DNA of 64,000 nt, from the NCBI GenBank assembly GCA_048937405.1, contig JBHLNF010000002.1, positions 96,001-160,000 on the forward strand. The letters are read 5' to 3'. The stretch's first letter is position 1. Each line of letters opens with the position of its first letter. Made by a program: the position numbers and the translations under genes. This DNA is from Promethearchaeota archaeon. Its GTDB lineage: Archaea; Asgardarchaeota; Lokiarchaeia; Sigyniarchaeales; SOKP01. Below are positions 10,351 through 21,619 of the stretch, in pieces. The notes beneath the pieces were generated by a model that was given only the letters and a program-made list of their open reading frames with translations, did not search any database and was not told the DNA's origin.

Positions 10351-11436
10351 GTGGAGAAAAAAATTTCAAAAATAGCATCTGAGGATGAATCCGCTACTGG
10401 AGAAGAGGAATCCATCATAAAAAATATAGAAATTACACCAGATCAATTAATACTTAAATGGAAGTTCCAAAATGTCGATAAGAAACTCACATATGATATA
10501 AGACGATGCATAGGGTGTTCTTTATGTAAAATTGTATGCCCTGTTGATGCTATAGAACTCGGTCCTATTCCTGATATTGCTCAAGGAATCTTAGATGAAA
10601 ATAATCCAAAAATTCTAATTGATCATGAAAAATGCTGTTATTGCATGCTATGTGCTATTATTTGTCCAAATGATGCATTTCATGAAAATATTCTACCCGA
10701 AGATCAAATCAATATTGATGAATTTCCCTCTATTGAGAAATTCTTCAAAATAGATTTGGATAAATGTATAGAGGATTCCAAAAATGAGATCTGTAATCTA
10801 TGCTTATCAGTAAGAGATAGACATAACATAAAAGATTATTATAAAATTCAAAAAGAGTGTCCAGTTAACTGTTTTTCAATCAATTCTCCAATAAAAGGAG
10901 AAATAATTATAAAAAAAAATATGCTTCATAAGTGCGATCCTCAAGGATGTAAAGCTTGTGTTAATATTTGCCCTACGGAATCTTTTTTTATTCCAGAGAG
11001 TGCTGAAGATGTCAAAAAATATGGTAAAATTGCTTGTAATGAGGATGAATGTTTTTATTGTGGAGCATGTGAAAATTCTTGCCCCGATGATTTAATAATA
11101 GTCGATAGAAAAGAAGTAATTATAAAAGATCCAAAAAAAAAGGGAAATTATCCCTGGATTCAAGGATGGATAAAGAGTATAAAAGATATAATTCAGAAAA
11201 GATTAATTCAAGGTAAACGCCAAATAGAAATCCCAATTATTGCAGAAGAAGTTAAAAAAGTAAAGGAAAGGATAGAAGAAACAGTCCCTCAGTTATCAAA
11301 AGAAGATAAAAAAAAATTATCTGAATTGAACGAGAAAATTCAAGCTTTTCTTAGTTCTCCTAAAATAAGATACTGGATAAAGGATAAAAAAACTGATAAA
11401 ATCATAAAAGAACTAAAGAAATCTTTAAATAAATGA
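10351..11436 (+). CDS. Polyferredoxin, FwdF-like 4Fe-4S protein
   Basis: Multiple CxxCxxCxxxCP motifs. Confidence 0.8.
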   Translation: MEKKISKIASEDESATGEEESIIKNIEITPDQLILKWKFQNVDKKLTYDIRRCIGCSLCKIVCPVDAIELGPIPDIAQGILDENNPKILIDHEKCCYCMLCAIICPNDAFHENILPEDQINIDEFPSIEKFFKIDLDKCIEDSKNEICNLCLSVRDRHNIKDYYKIQKECPVNCFSINSPIKGEIIIKKNMLHKCDPQGCKACVNICPTESFFIPESAEDVKKYGKIACNEDECFYCGACENSCPDDLIIVDRKEVIIKDPKKKGNYPWIQGWIKSIKDIIQKRLIQGKRQIEIPIIAEEVKKVKERIEETVPQLSKEDKKKLSELNEKIQAFLSSPKIRYWIKDKKTDKIIKELKKSLNK

Positions 11437-11455
11437 AATTTAAGCTAGAATTAGC

Positions 11456-12166
11456 TTAGCTTGAATATATTCTCCTTTCATGAATTGATTTATAAAAACC
11501 AAGAACAACACCAATTAAAGAGGGTATAAAAGCAATAAGCCAATAAAAAGTTACCCACAAACAATTCAAATCATCCTTTAAAGCCCAATAAATTGAACCT
11601 GTTATGTAATAAGATGAAATCATAAAAATTGGTAAACTTGCCACAAGAAGTAAATAATATTTTATTTTCTTGTTTTTACCATTCTTAATTGCCTTTTTAT
11701 ATTTTATGGGTTGAAATTTATATGAATATATGCCATATAACCCATAAAGGCAAATAACGATCCCAATCGGAATTATCGAAAATACTCCTAATGCAAAACC
11801 TGTGAAAGTATAAATAGAAGCAAGTATAGCTATTATGGGGGTAAAGATAACCATTAATAATGATTTATAGTAATTTATTTTCAAGTCTTTATCTTCTTCT
11901 GAAATTATTTTTCCTGATATTAATCTATACATTATTATCCCATATAATCCATAGAACTCAATTACAATTCCTATCGGAATTCCAATGAGAATGAGATAAA
12001 AAAACAGGGATTCTATAAAATACCAAACAAAAGCAATTATTAAAGGTGTAATGATAACCATTATAATAGATATATAGCAAATTACTTTTATTTTCCTATC
12101 TGTTATTTTAACTTCTTGAGAGAGCTCTTCTTTTAAATTATTTTCTTCTTCAGAAATTCTTTTCAC
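11456..12166 (-). CDS. Hypothetical membrane protein with internal repeat
   Basis: About six hydrophobic segments; duplicated IPIGIVIxxYGLYGI. Confidence 0.7.
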   Translation of the reverse strand: MKRISEEENNLKEELSQEVKITDRKIKVICYISIIMVIITPLIIAFVWYFIESLFFYLILIGIPIGIVIEFYGLYGIIMYRLISGKIISEEDKDLKINYYKSLLMVIFTPIIAILASIYTFTGFALGVFSIIPIGIVICLYGLYGIYSYKFQPIKYKKAIKNGKNKKIKYYLLLVASLPIFMISSYYITGSIYWALKDDLNCLWVTFYWLIAFIPSLIGVVLGFYKSIHERRIYSS

Positions 12167-12259
12167 CTCTAGTATTTGGATTTTCTAAAGAATTCTATTC
12201 AAATTTATTATAGGTAAAAAAAATATTTAAGTGTTTAGAGATATATTTAATTTCAGAAT

Positions 12260-13417
12260 CTATTTTTTCATTTTAAAAACTAGGACAGCAAGTATTAGAA
12301 ATACCAAGGTTAAGAGAAGCATTATTAGAAAATCCATGAAAAACATATCTAAGCCAAAGCCGTTAATCATAATTGCTCTGCTAATCCTAATTGAATACGT
12401 CATAGGGATAAAATAAGAAACATATTGAAATATTACTGGAAATGAGTTTATTGGAAAGATAAATCCTGAAAAGAACATTGAAGGAATTAGAAGCAAAGGA
12501 ATGAATTGAAATGCTTGAAGCTCGCTTTGGGCAAAAGCAGAAGCAAAAATACCTAATCCGACACATGACATTGCATAAATAAAGAGGATAAAAAACAACA
12601 ATAAAATATTTCCAAGAATATGGATTTGGAAAAATACTACTGAAATTAATAGCAAAAGAACACTTTGGACTAATGCAATTAATGAATTCCCTATTAAATA
12701 CCCTAACATTATTTCTGTCTTTGAAGTCGTTGTTGCTTTAACTCTATACAATGTTCCTGTCAATTTCTCCTTAGTAAATCCCCCCGTAACTGTTAAAATC
12801 ATGAATAAGAAAAGAGCAAAACTGAGGATTCCTGGCCCAAGAGAATCAATCGGTCTTAGATCTGGATCCCCTGCGACATAATTAAGATTTAATTTTAAAT
12901 GAGATTCCTCACCTGAAATCTCAAGTAATACTGTTCCAATAACTTCAGAGAGTGCACCTATTACGGAACTTATCGTCTGTTGATCACTTCCATCTAAATA
13001 TGTTGATATTTGAATACTTTTTGAAAAATTCGGCATATTTTCCGTAAAGTTTTCAGGAATAACGATTAGAGCATAATAATCGTTCCCTCCATAAATTTTT
13101 GGAATCTCTTCTGAAAGATTAAAAGTAGTTGAATTCAACAAATGAATATCTACTCTATCATCTTCCTCAAGCTTTTCTATGAAAACTTCAGAGAATTTTG
13201 TGTCATTAATCCCCAAATAAGGTATACCCACTCCACCCTTATCTAAATTAACAATTTTAATAGGTACATGACTTACTGGTCGTCCAAAGGCATATCCAAA
13301 AAGGAACATCAAGAAGATAGGCATCATAATGAGTAAACCTACCGTCCGTTTATCATGTATTAATGCTTGGAGATTTTTCCGTGTAATTGCTACAATTCTT
13401 CTAAAACTAATACTCAT
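12260..13417 (-). CDS. ABC-2 type transporter permease
   Basis: N-terminal TM, extracytoplasmic loop, EKLTGT, FFSGFIFP, IPMTY motifs. Confidence 0.9.
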   Translation of the reverse strand: MSISFRRIVAITRKNLQALIHDKRTVGLLIMMPIFLMFLFGYAFGRPVSHVPIKIVNLDKGGVGIPYLGINDTKFSEVFIEKLEEDDRVDIHLLNSTTFNLSEEIPKIYGGNDYYALIVIPENFTENMPNFSKSIQISTYLDGSDQQTISSVIGALSEVIGTVLLEISGEESHLKLNLNYVAGDPDLRPIDSLGPGILSFALFLFMILTVTGGFTKEKLTGTLYRVKATTTSKTEIMLGYLIGNSLIALVQSVLLLLISVVFFQIHILGNILLLFFILFIYAMSCVGLGIFASAFAQSELQAFQFIPLLLIPSMFFSGFIFPINSFPVIFQYVSYFIPMTYSIRISRAIMINGFGLDMFFMDFLIMLLLTLVFLILAVLVFKMKK

Positions 13418-14187
13418 GCTTTTGAACCCCCGAGCATTTTCTTCTCCATCTCTGGATGGGTGTAATAGATAAAAACTTCCTCCATATCCGGCAGGTCTTC
13501 AAGATTTTTGAGTTTTTTAACATTCTCCATTAATTCTAAAGGTGTTCCAGAGATTACTATCTTTTTATTCATCAAACCAATTCGGTCACAATTAATTGAT
13601 TCTGCTAAATAATGAGTGGTAATGAGAATAGTGACTCCATCCTCTTTTGAAATTTTCTTAAAATAATTCCAGAATTCAATTCTAAGTTCAGGATCAACTC
13701 CTACAGTAGGTTCATCTAAAATTAAAATTTCTGGTTTGTGGAGTAGCGCAACCGCAAGGGAACATCGCCTTTGCATCCCTCCTGAACATTTAGAAATTAA
13801 CCTTTTTTTATATTCTTTAAGTTCAATCAATTCAAGAACTTCATTAATACGAGAATAGAGCACAGCTTTTGGAATTTTATATAAATTACCAAAGAATTTT
13901 AGGTTTTGCTCAACTGTCAGATCTAAATATAGAGAGAGCTCTTGGGGCATAAAACCAATTTTAGGATAAACTTCATTTATCTTTTTAGGAATCTCTTTTC
14001 CATCAATCGTTATTTTGGCTCCCGGATTCGGATCTAATATATCTAATAATGTTAAGATGGTTGTTGTTTTTCCTGAACCGTTAGGTCCAATGAGACCAAA
14101 TATTTCACCTTTTTGGATATTAATATTGAGATTCTCTACAGCTTTGAAACTTCCAAAAGATTTTGAAAGATTTGATATTTCGATCAT
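13414..14187 (-). CDS. ABC transporter ATP-binding protein
   Basis: GPNGSGKTT, CSGGMQRR signature, LILDEPT. Confidence 0.95.
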   Translation of the reverse strand: MIEISNLSKSFGSFKAVENLNINIQKGEIFGLIGPNGSGKTTTILTLLDILDPNPGAKITIDGKEIPKKINEVYPKIGFMPQELSLYLDLTVEQNLKFFGNLYKIPKAVLYSRINEVLELIELKEYKKRLISKCSGGMQRRCSLAVALLHKPEILILDEPTVGVDPELRIEFWNYFKKISKEDGVTILITTHYLAESINCDRIGLMNKKIVISGTPLELMENVKKLKNLEDLPDMEEVFIYYTHPEMEKKMLGGSKA

Positions 14188-14580
14188 ATCGTACTATAAG
14201 AAATTTATAATTTTGAGATTAATATTTAATAAAATTTAAAGTTATAAAATTAATATTCCTATTCAAAATTAAGTTATATATATTTCTGAAGTCACTTTCA
14301 AAAATTATTTCTAATAATAAATATCTAAACCATGGAAGATATCATAAATGTTTTTTGTTTAGAGAAAAAACATTTATAATTTCCATCATACTCTCAATTT
14401 CTTAACACTGTAAAGCATAAAATAAGCGTGTTAATAATCTACGAGTTGAAAAATCTAATCTACCTCTTTTTTTCAATCTCAATGATCTTTCTAACGATTT
14501 TACAAAAAATTTAAATAATGAGATGTAGAATTATATATAATTTACGAAATCAAAAAAAAAAGTTAAAAATTTAATGTTGT

Positions 14581-17208
14581 GTGATTAAATCGATGAAAAA
14601 CAAAAAGTTTGGCTTGTATTTAGCTTTGCTAATATCTTCTTTGACGTTGTTAAACATTTCAACCTTTATACCCTCACTTCAAAGACAAAAAGAAACACCC
14701 AATAACATGGAATTTTCAGAACTTACCACTTCAGCTCCGAATGACTTTATCTCAGTTTGGGATACGAGGTTAACAAGTGGGGACTCTAGTTTTAGTGATC
14801 AAGTGAGATTACCACTATATTTGGGTGGAACCTATAATTTTACAGTTTCTTGGGGCGATGGAAGCAATAATACTATTACTGACTATTATGATCCTGCTAT
14901 TACACATACATATACTTTAGAAGATGTTTATACTATTACAATTAATGGTACATTGATTGGGTGGAGTTTTGATTATTCGGGAGATTACTTGAAGATACTT
15001 GAAATTCAACAATGGGGTTGTCTACAATTAGGAAATTCGGGATATTATTTTGCTGGATGCTCCAATTTAGTAATCACTGCTTTTGATAGTTTGAACTTGA
15101 CTGGAACAAAAAATTTATGTTGTGCTTTCGGTGAATGCGAGAATCTGGGGAGTAGTGGTAATATGAACAGCTGGAACGTCTCGGGTGTAACAGATATGAG
15201 TTATATGTTCTCCTTTGCTTCTTCCTTTAACCAGCCTTTAGATAAATGGAATGTTTCGGGTGTGACAGATATTAGTGGGATGTTTTCAGTTGCCTCTTCC
15301 TTTAACCAATCGATTGGCAACTGGAACCTCTCCGGTGTTACAGACATGAGTCAGATGTTCTATTATGCTTCTTCTTTTAACCAACCGATTGGCAACTGGA
15401 ACTTCTCGGGTGTTACAGATATGGGTTGGATGTTTTCAGGTGCTTCTTCCTTTAACCAGCCTCTAGATAAATGGAACGTCTCTAGTGTTACCCAAATGAG
15501 TGGGATGTTCTCAGGTGCCTCTTCCTTTAACCAACCTATAGGTAAATGGAATGTCTCGAGTGTGACATATATGTATGATATGTTTTCAGATGCTTCTTCC
15601 TTTAATCAGTCTATAGGTAATTGGAACGTCTCAAGTGTTAAAGATATGAGTTGGATGTTTTCAGATGCTACTTCCTTTAACCAGCCTATAGGCAACTGGA
15701 ACGTCTCGAGTGTGACAGTTATGAGTTATATGTTCTACCACGCTACCTCGTTTAATCAATCGATTGGTAGCTGGAACGTTTCGAGTGTGAAAAACATGAA
15801 TGGGATGTTCTCCCGAGCTTCTTCCTTTAACCAACCGATTGGTAGTTGGAACACCTCAAGTGTTACAAATATGTATGATATGTTCTACCAAGCTTCCTCG
15901 TTTAATCAGTCGATTGGTAGCTGGAACGTTTCGAGTGTGACAGACATGAGTGGGATGTTTTCAGGTGCTTCTTCCTTTAACCAGCCTATAGACAAATGGA
16001 ACGTCTCAAGTGTGACAGACATGAGTTGGATGTTTTCAGGTGCTTCTTCCTTTAACCAGCCTTTAGACAAATGGAACGTCTCAAGTGTGACATATATGTA
16101 TGGGATGTTCTATTATGCTTCTTCCTTTAACCAGCCTATAGACAAATGGAACGTCTCGAGTGTGACAGATATGAGTTCGATGTTCTCATATGCTTCTTCC
16201 TTTAACCAACCGATTGGCAACTGGAACGTCTCAAGTGTGACATATATGTATGGGATGTTCTCAGGTGCTGCTTCTTTTAACCAACCAATTGGCAGCTGGA
16301 ACGTCTCAAGCGTAACAGACATGAGTTATATGTTCTATCAAACTTCTTCCTTTAACCAACCAATTGGCAGCTGGAACGTCTCAAGTGTTACAAACATGTA
16401 TAGGATGTTCTCCCGAGCTTCTTCCTTTAACCAACCTATAGGTAATTGGGACGTCTCGAATGTTACAGACATGCGTTATATGTTCGAAAGTGCTTATTCC
16501 TTTAACCAGGCTTTAGCTAACTGGAATGTCTCGAGTGTTACAAACATGTATAGGATGTTCTCATATGCTTATTCCTTTAACCAGCCTATAGGTAATTGGG
16601 ACGTCTCAAGTGTTACAGACATGAGTTATATGTTCTCAGGTGCTACATTATCAATGTCTAATTATGATAATTTATTAGTAGGTTGGTCCCAGTTATCATT
16701 ACAAAGTTATGTCTATTTTGATGGAGGTTATTCAAAATATAGTGATGTAGGAGCAGATGCTAAACAAGCTATCATTACTAACTTTAATTGGACTATTAAG
16801 GATGGGGGATATGCATTACCGGGAGCTTTTACACTATATCCCGAAGCAGAAACTCCTGATACTGATGGTGAATTTTATCTCACCTGGTCTATTTCAGCTA
16901 GAGCAGATAATTACTCACTTTATTGTTATTCTAGTTGCATTACAGAGATTAACGAAAGTTGTCTTATAGCTGAGGGGCTTACCTTTTTAACGTTAAAGTT
17001 AAGCAATTATTCGGATGGTACATATTATTTCATTGTGGTTGCGTATAATGAGTATGATCATATATTTTCAAACTGTGTTAAGGTTGAGGTGGAGACAGAA
17101 AAAAAATCTTCTGCAATTCCAGGTTATGATATCTTTACAATAATATGGATTTCAAGCGTCATATGTCTTTTTTTGATAAAAAAAAGAATATCTAAAAAAA
17201 CTAATTAA
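14581..17208 (+). CDS. DUF285/BspA-type repeat surface glycoprotein with Loki-CTERM-like anchor
   Basis: Signal peptide, PKD-like WGDG domain, ~20 x 25-aa repeats ([23 protein letters not shown]), FN3-like domain, IPGY-TM-KKR tail. Confidence 0.9.
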   Translation: MIKSMKNKKFGLYLALLISSLTLLNISTFIPSLQRQKETPNNMEFSELTTSAPNDFISVWDTRLTSGDSSFSDQVRLPLYLGGTYNFTVSWGDGSNNTITDYYDPAITHTYTLEDVYTITINGTLIGWSFDYSGDYLKILEIQQWGCLQLGNSGYYFAGCSNLVITAFDSLNLTGTKNLCCAFGECENLGSSGNMNSWNVSGVTDMSYMFSFASSFNQPLDKWNVSGVTDISGMFSVASSFNQSIGNWNLSGVTDMSQMFYYASSFNQPIGNWNFSGVTDMGWMFSGASSFNQPLDKWNVSSVTQMSGMFSGASSFNQPIGKWNVSSVTYMYDMFSDASSFNQSIGNWNVSSVKDMSWMFSDATSFNQPIGNWNVSSVTVMSYMFYHATSFNQSIGSWNVSSVKNMNGMFSRASSFNQPIGSWNTSSVTNMYDMFYQASSFNQSIGSWNVSSVTDMSGMFSGASSFNQPIDKWNVSSVTDMSWMFSGASSFNQPLDKWNVSSVTYMYGMFYYASSFNQPIDKWNVSSVTDMSSMFSYASSFNQPIGNWNVSSVTYMYGMFSGAASFNQPIGSWNVSSVTDMSYMFYQTSSFNQPIGSWNVSSVTNMYRMFSRASSFNQPIGNWDVSNVTDMRYMFESAYSFNQALANWNVSSVTNMYRMFSYAYSFNQPIGNWDVSSVTDMSYMFSGATLSMSNYDNLLVGWSQLSLQSYVYFDGGYSKYSDVGADAKQAIITNFNWTIKDGGYALPGAFTLYPEAETPDTDGEFYLTWSISARADNYSLYCYSSCITEINESCLIAEGLTFLTLKLSNYSDGTYYFIVVAYNEYDHIFSNCVKVEVETEKKSSAIPGYDIFTIIWISSVICLFLIKKRISKKTN
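15160..16650 (+). repeat. About 20 tandem 75-bp coding repeats
   Basis: Recurrent TGGAACGTCTC[AG]AGTGT...CTTCTTCCTTTAACCA at 75-bp period. Confidence 0.92.
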
Positions 17209-17307
17209 TTTTTTTATTTTTTTTAAATCCTTTTTCTTTAAATATTTTGAGTTATAAATAGGTTATCTTAAGCATATACTTCTACACAAATATAAGGAAA
17301 TGATTGG

Positions 17308-17601
17308 ATGATAATAAAAACTAAAATAAAATCTCATAAAAAGGATAATAGAAAAGTGGTCATAGCCTGGATACAAAAACATAAAGATTTTGATAAGGAT
17401 CTTAAGGAGCTTTTGAATTTTTTTAAAGATCAAGTCAAATATACCTTAATCAATAGAATCCATCAATATTATAAAATTACATCTAATAATCCCGCTATTA
17501 TGTTTTCACTTATTTCCTCTATACACGATATAATTGCTGAAAGTTATTTCAATACTGAAGAATCAATCGAACTTCAAGAATCAGTAAATTTTCAATTATA
17601 A
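17308..17601 (+). CDS. Hypothetical protein
   Basis: 97-aa ORF with ATG start, host-like composition. Confidence 0.6.
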   Translation: MIIKTKIKSHKKDNRKVVIAWIQKHKDFDKDLKELLNFFKDQVKYTLINRIHQYYKITSNNPAIMFSLISSIHDIIAESYFNTEESIELQESVNFQL

Positions 17602-17609
17602 ATTAAAAA

Positions 17610-17711
17610 TGGGAGGGGAGGGATTTGAACCCCCGACCCCTTGGTCCCAAACCAAGATTCACGCCATAGAGAAAGACTCTATAGTATCATACCAAGCTAG
17701 ACCACCCTCCC
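17610..17711 (-). tRNA. tRNA-Pro(TGG) with 28-nt BHB intron at non-canonical position 25/26 (intron 17658-17685)
   Basis: Acceptor GGGAGGG/CCCTCCC, anticodon arm CTTGG-TTTGGGA-CCAAG, T-loop TTCAAAT; spliced D-arm junction GGTATGAT|TCTTGG. Confidence 0.92.
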
Positions 17712-17876
17712 ATTAATAATTCAGCGATTTTATTCAAAGGATTAATAAAATCTCTGTTTTAAAAGTGGAGAATACTATTTATAAATCTTGATATAGATTC
17801 TAATTATTATATAATACAAACAATAAAAATTAAAATATTTTATCAATTTACGTTTTTTTTAGAAAAAGAATACATT

Positions 17877-19763
17877 TTAGTTTTTATTCAGTGGTAATGA
17901 AAAACAAAACCTTGCTCCCTTATTTCGTCCTTCAGACTCAACCCATATTTCTCCACCATGTAATTCAACTATTTTTTTTGAAGTATACAAACCCATTCCC
18001 GTTCCCTCTGTACCAATATCCCAACCTTGACCGTATCTTTCAATTTTTCCAAATTGTTTAAAAATTTTTTTTTGCTCATCTTCAGATAGACCAATACCGT
18101 TATCTTGAACAGAAATAATTATATTATCCTTAGTTTCTTTAGCTTGAACTCTAATCTCTCCATATGGAGGAGTGTATTTTATAGCATTAATGATTAAATG
18201 AGTTACAACTTCATAAATTCTCTCTTTCTCAAAATCAAGATACAATTTATCGGGTAAATCTAATTTTATAAAATGATTTCTCGTCTTTGCTAACCCTCGC
18301 AAATCCTTTACACAAAATTTAATTAGAAATGATAAATCTTCATTTCTTGGTTGAAATTGGTATTTACCTGAATCTAACAATGTAGTTTTCAGAAGTTTGT
18401 TGATGATTGTTTCAAGTTGTTCAGTACCTTGTCTTATCTCCTGCAGAATTGATAATATGTCATTATCCAATTTTTCTTTATGTAATTCTAGTAAAAGTTC
18501 GGTAAATCCTTTAATTGAAATAAGAGGCGTCTTTAATTCATGCGAAGTCCTCTCAAGTAATTCTGTTTTTAATTGGTTAATTTCTCTTAACTCTCTCTCT
18601 GCATTTTGTCTTTCAGTTATATCTCTTATCATTGCCATTATATAATTTTTGTTTTCAAGCTTAAAACTACTTAAGGAAATCTCTGTATCAAAGAGGGTTC
18701 CATCTTTCTTCATATGTTTCCAATAGAATCTTTGAGGTTCGCCTAAAAGAGATTTTTCAATAAATTCATTAGCTTTCTTAATTGAATCTTTTCCATCTGG
18801 TTGCTTTATAGGTGATAATTTCCAGGGAGGAAGTCCCATTATCTCATCTTTATTATTATATTTAAATAATTTTACAAAAATATCATTACAATCAACAATA
18901 TTCTTCTCATCCATTATTCCAATAGGCTCATTAGCCCCATTAAAAATCATCCGATATTTTTCTTCAGATTGCTTCAGTAATTCCTCAGCTTTTTTTTTTT
19001 CAGTGATATCTATTATTGTTGCTAAATTAGCGGGTCTTCCATCATATTCAATAGATTTTGAGAAATTTTCTATCCAAATTATCTCTCCAGATTTTTTAAT
19101 CCCTCGATATTGGTAATGAACGCTTACATCTTTTTCTCCTTTCTGTTTTTTGGATAGTTGATTTAGTACAAGTTCGCTATCCTCTGGATGTATTGCACCA
19201 ACAGCATCTTTCAATTCCCAATCTATCATTTCTTCAATAGTATATCCAAAAATATTCGCATAGACTTTATTTATATATTTAATTTTATTGTCTTGAGCAA
19301 TAACAATTCCCATAAGAGATTGTTCTGCGATTCTTCTAAACTTTTCTTCAGATTCCTTTAATTTTTGTTCAATATGTTTTTTGTTAGAAATATCTCTCAA
19401 AACACTAACTAATTTTACTTTATCATTTATTCTTACTAAAGTTCCCTTAATATAAACAGGAATATAATAACCTTTTCTATTTCTAACTCTAAATTCCGTG
19501 TCAACTATAATTTCTTCCTGTATAGCTTTTTCAAAAGTTTCCATGATATGGGACCTATCGTCAGGATGGATATAATTAAAAATAGAACTTCCAATTACTT
19601 CTTCAGTGTTGTATCCAAACATGTCTTTAAAGTGGGGACTAACATAGCTAAAAGTACCATCAAGATCAATTTCAGCAATAATATCTAGAATATTATTGAT
19701 AATAAATTGGTATTTCTCAGCTGGTTCTTTTATAATACTATTTAATTCAGTCGTGAAAAACAC
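17877..19763 (-). CDS. Multi-PAS sensor histidine kinase
   Basis: Three PAS domains, SHELKTPL H-box, NAIKYT, DNGIG, GTGMGL. Confidence 0.93.
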   Translation of the reverse strand: MFFTTELNSIIKEPAEKYQFIINNILDIIAEIDLDGTFSYVSPHFKDMFGYNTEEVIGSSIFNYIHPDDRSHIMETFEKAIQEEIIVDTEFRVRNRKGYYIPVYIKGTLVRINDKVKLVSVLRDISNKKHIEQKLKESEEKFRRIAEQSLMGIVIAQDNKIKYINKVYANIFGYTIEEMIDWELKDAVGAIHPEDSELVLNQLSKKQKGEKDVSVHYQYRGIKKSGEIIWIENFSKSIEYDGRPANLATIIDITEKKKAEELLKQSEEKYRMIFNGANEPIGIMDEKNIVDCNDIFVKLFKYNNKDEIMGLPPWKLSPIKQPDGKDSIKKANEFIEKSLLGEPQRFYWKHMKKDGTLFDTEISLSSFKLENKNYIMAMIRDITERQNAERELREINQLKTELLERTSHELKTPLISIKGFTELLLELHKEKLDNDILSILQEIRQGTEQLETIINKLLKTTLLDSGKYQFQPRNEDLSFLIKFCVKDLRGLAKTRNHFIKLDLPDKLYLDFEKERIYEVVTHLIINAIKYTPPYGEIRVQAKETKDNIIISVQDNGIGLSEDEQKKIFKQFGKIERYGQGWDIGTEGTGMGLYTSKKIVELHGGEIWVESEGRNKGARFCFSLPLNKN

Positions 19764-19933
19764 AACCCAGTTAATACGTTGATCTCACTTATTAAAGATT
19801 GAATAATATGGATAATTCGTTACGAATAATTTAGAAGTTACTTACTTATTTAATAATTAGCATTTAAGAGTTTAATCATAATTTCTATTAGATATTTTTT
19901 TATTAGAATAATAATATATTTATATAAATTAAT

Positions 19934-20509
19934 ATGAAGAGATCTATTGGAATATTAAAGATAGGATATATCACTCCATCATTTTTGGTCAAATTAAAGA
20001 AAAACCTCCAAAAATCATTTAAAAAATTTGATTTATCAATAAAGATTATACTGGAAGCTCTTCCTTTAGAAAAAGCAGACTATAATCAAGAAAAAGGGCA
20101 ATATAAAGCTTCTAAGATTTTAAATAAAATTGAAGATAACTATCAGAACAGCCGATTTTTTCGGATTTTGGGTGTAATAGATGAAGATATTTATTCAAGG
20201 GCCTTAAATTTTGTATTTGGTCTTGCGAAATATCCAAAAAACAGAAATTCTGAAAAGCCAGTAGTTGCGTTAATATCAATTGCAAGACTTAAAGAAACTT
20301 TTTATAATAGAATTGAAAATCCTTCTCTTTTTGAATTAAGAATACTAAAAGAAGCAATACACGAAATTGGACACACATTTAGTTTAGAACACTGTTCTCA
20401 ACTCTGTATCATGAAATTTTCAAATTCTTTAGCAGATACTGATAAGAAACCTCCAATTTTTTGTGATATATGTCATAATAAATTAAACAAATTTTTCAAA
20501 AGTCTCTAA
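19934..20509 (+). CDS. amzA: Archaemetzincin zinc metalloprotease
   Basis: KEAIHEIGHTFSLEHC, CIMKFS, FCDIC. Confidence 0.88.
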   Translation: MKRSIGILKIGYITPSFLVKLKKNLQKSFKKFDLSIKIILEALPLEKADYNQEKGQYKASKILNKIEDNYQNSRFFRILGVIDEDIYSRALNFVFGLAKYPKNRNSEKPVVALISIARLKETFYNRIENPSLFELRILKEAIHEIGHTFSLEHCSQLCIMKFSNSLADTDKKPPIFCDICHNKLNKFFKSL

Positions 20510-20517
20510 GTTTCTTA

Positions 20518-21519
20518 TTAAAATCTTTTCTTAAATTTAAAAAAAAGATCTTCACTAATTTTTAAAATTTTCTTATTATTCTTTACTAATTTTATTAAAT
20601 CAGATGATATATTCTTTAAACCAAAGTAAACACCAGCTAAACTCCCTCCAATTGCTCCTACAGTGTCACTATCACCTCCCGCAGTAGCAAGTTCAAAAAT
20701 ACACTCTTTAAAGGAAGAAAGCCTCTTTAAAAATATGAAAATTGCGCATACAACTGTACTAATAGTATAAGGATGAACGAATGCTTGACCTAAATATTGT
20801 TCAATAAAAAAAGGTGATTTCACTCCAGCTTGAGAAAATTTTATTAATCCAGATTCAATTGGCATATCTAAATTTGATTTCAATTTCATTAGAATTTCTA
20901 TAAATTCCTCCCAAATTTCATCTTGCGAATTTGAAATCGAATTAATTATTACTTTAAAAAATTCATCTATCGAAAAGCCAGATTCAGGATTTTTATTTAT
21001 TAAAAATGCAATAGCCCTAGCAATGACTATAGCTCCAGCTGAAGCAGCAGGATGAGAATGAGTAATTATGCTTGATTTTATAGCAGCTGCTTTTAATGAT
21101 TTTATATCCTTACTATAAAATAATCCAATCGGAGCAATTCTCATAGTGGTACCATTCCCGCCCGAGTTAGAAGCAGCTTGTTTCCAATCAATACCATATT
21201 TTAATTTACGTATAGAAGAAATACACCCATATCCTGGTCCAATGGGGGGATCATCTAACCAATTTATAAATTCTCTGATAAAATATTCGTGATTGAAACC
21301 ATTTCCTTTAATTAAAGCTTCAGCAGTATGAATTGTTAATTGAGAATCATCAGTATAAGTATTAAATAATTTTTTATTATTATAAACAAATTCTTCAAAA
21401 TCTTCGAAATAAGAATATATTTCAGAACGAAGTTTCCCTTCAAAAGGATGTCCTAAAGTATCTCCGATGGTTACACCCAATAGACATCCTTGAAATTTAT
21501 CTAAAAGATCGATTTTCAT
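20518..21519 (-). CDS. ADP-ribosylglycohydrolase family protein (DraG/ARH)
   Basis: GDTLG, YTDDSQ, GNGTTMRIAP, TH, GGDSDT motifs. Confidence 0.92.
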   Translation of the reverse strand: MKIDLLDKFQGCLLGVTIGDTLGHPFEGKLRSEIYSYFEDFEEFVYNNKKLFNTYTDDSQLTIHTAEALIKGNGFNHEYFIREFINWLDDPPIGPGYGCISSIRKLKYGIDWKQAASNSGGNGTTMRIAPIGLFYSKDIKSLKAAAIKSSIITHSHPAASAGAIVIARAIAFLINKNPESGFSIDEFFKVIINSISNSQDEIWEEFIEILMKLKSNLDMPIESGLIKFSQAGVKSPFFIEQYLGQAFVHPYTISTVVCAIFIFLKRLSSFKECIFELATAGGDSDTVGAIGGSLAGVYFGLKNISSDLIKLVKNNKKILKISEDLFFKFKKRF

Positions 21520-21619
21520 ATTATCTAAAAATTGAGGTAGAATTATAAAATACTCGTTTTTAATTCTTTTAATTTTTATGTTTCATCAAAAGATTTACCG
21601 ACAGCTTTTAAATATCAAA

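Noticed and set aside
15160-16650. Periodic repeats as a CRISPR array or DGR template/variable pair
   Set aside because: In-frame 75-bp coding repeats; no unique spacers and no reverse transcriptase in the window
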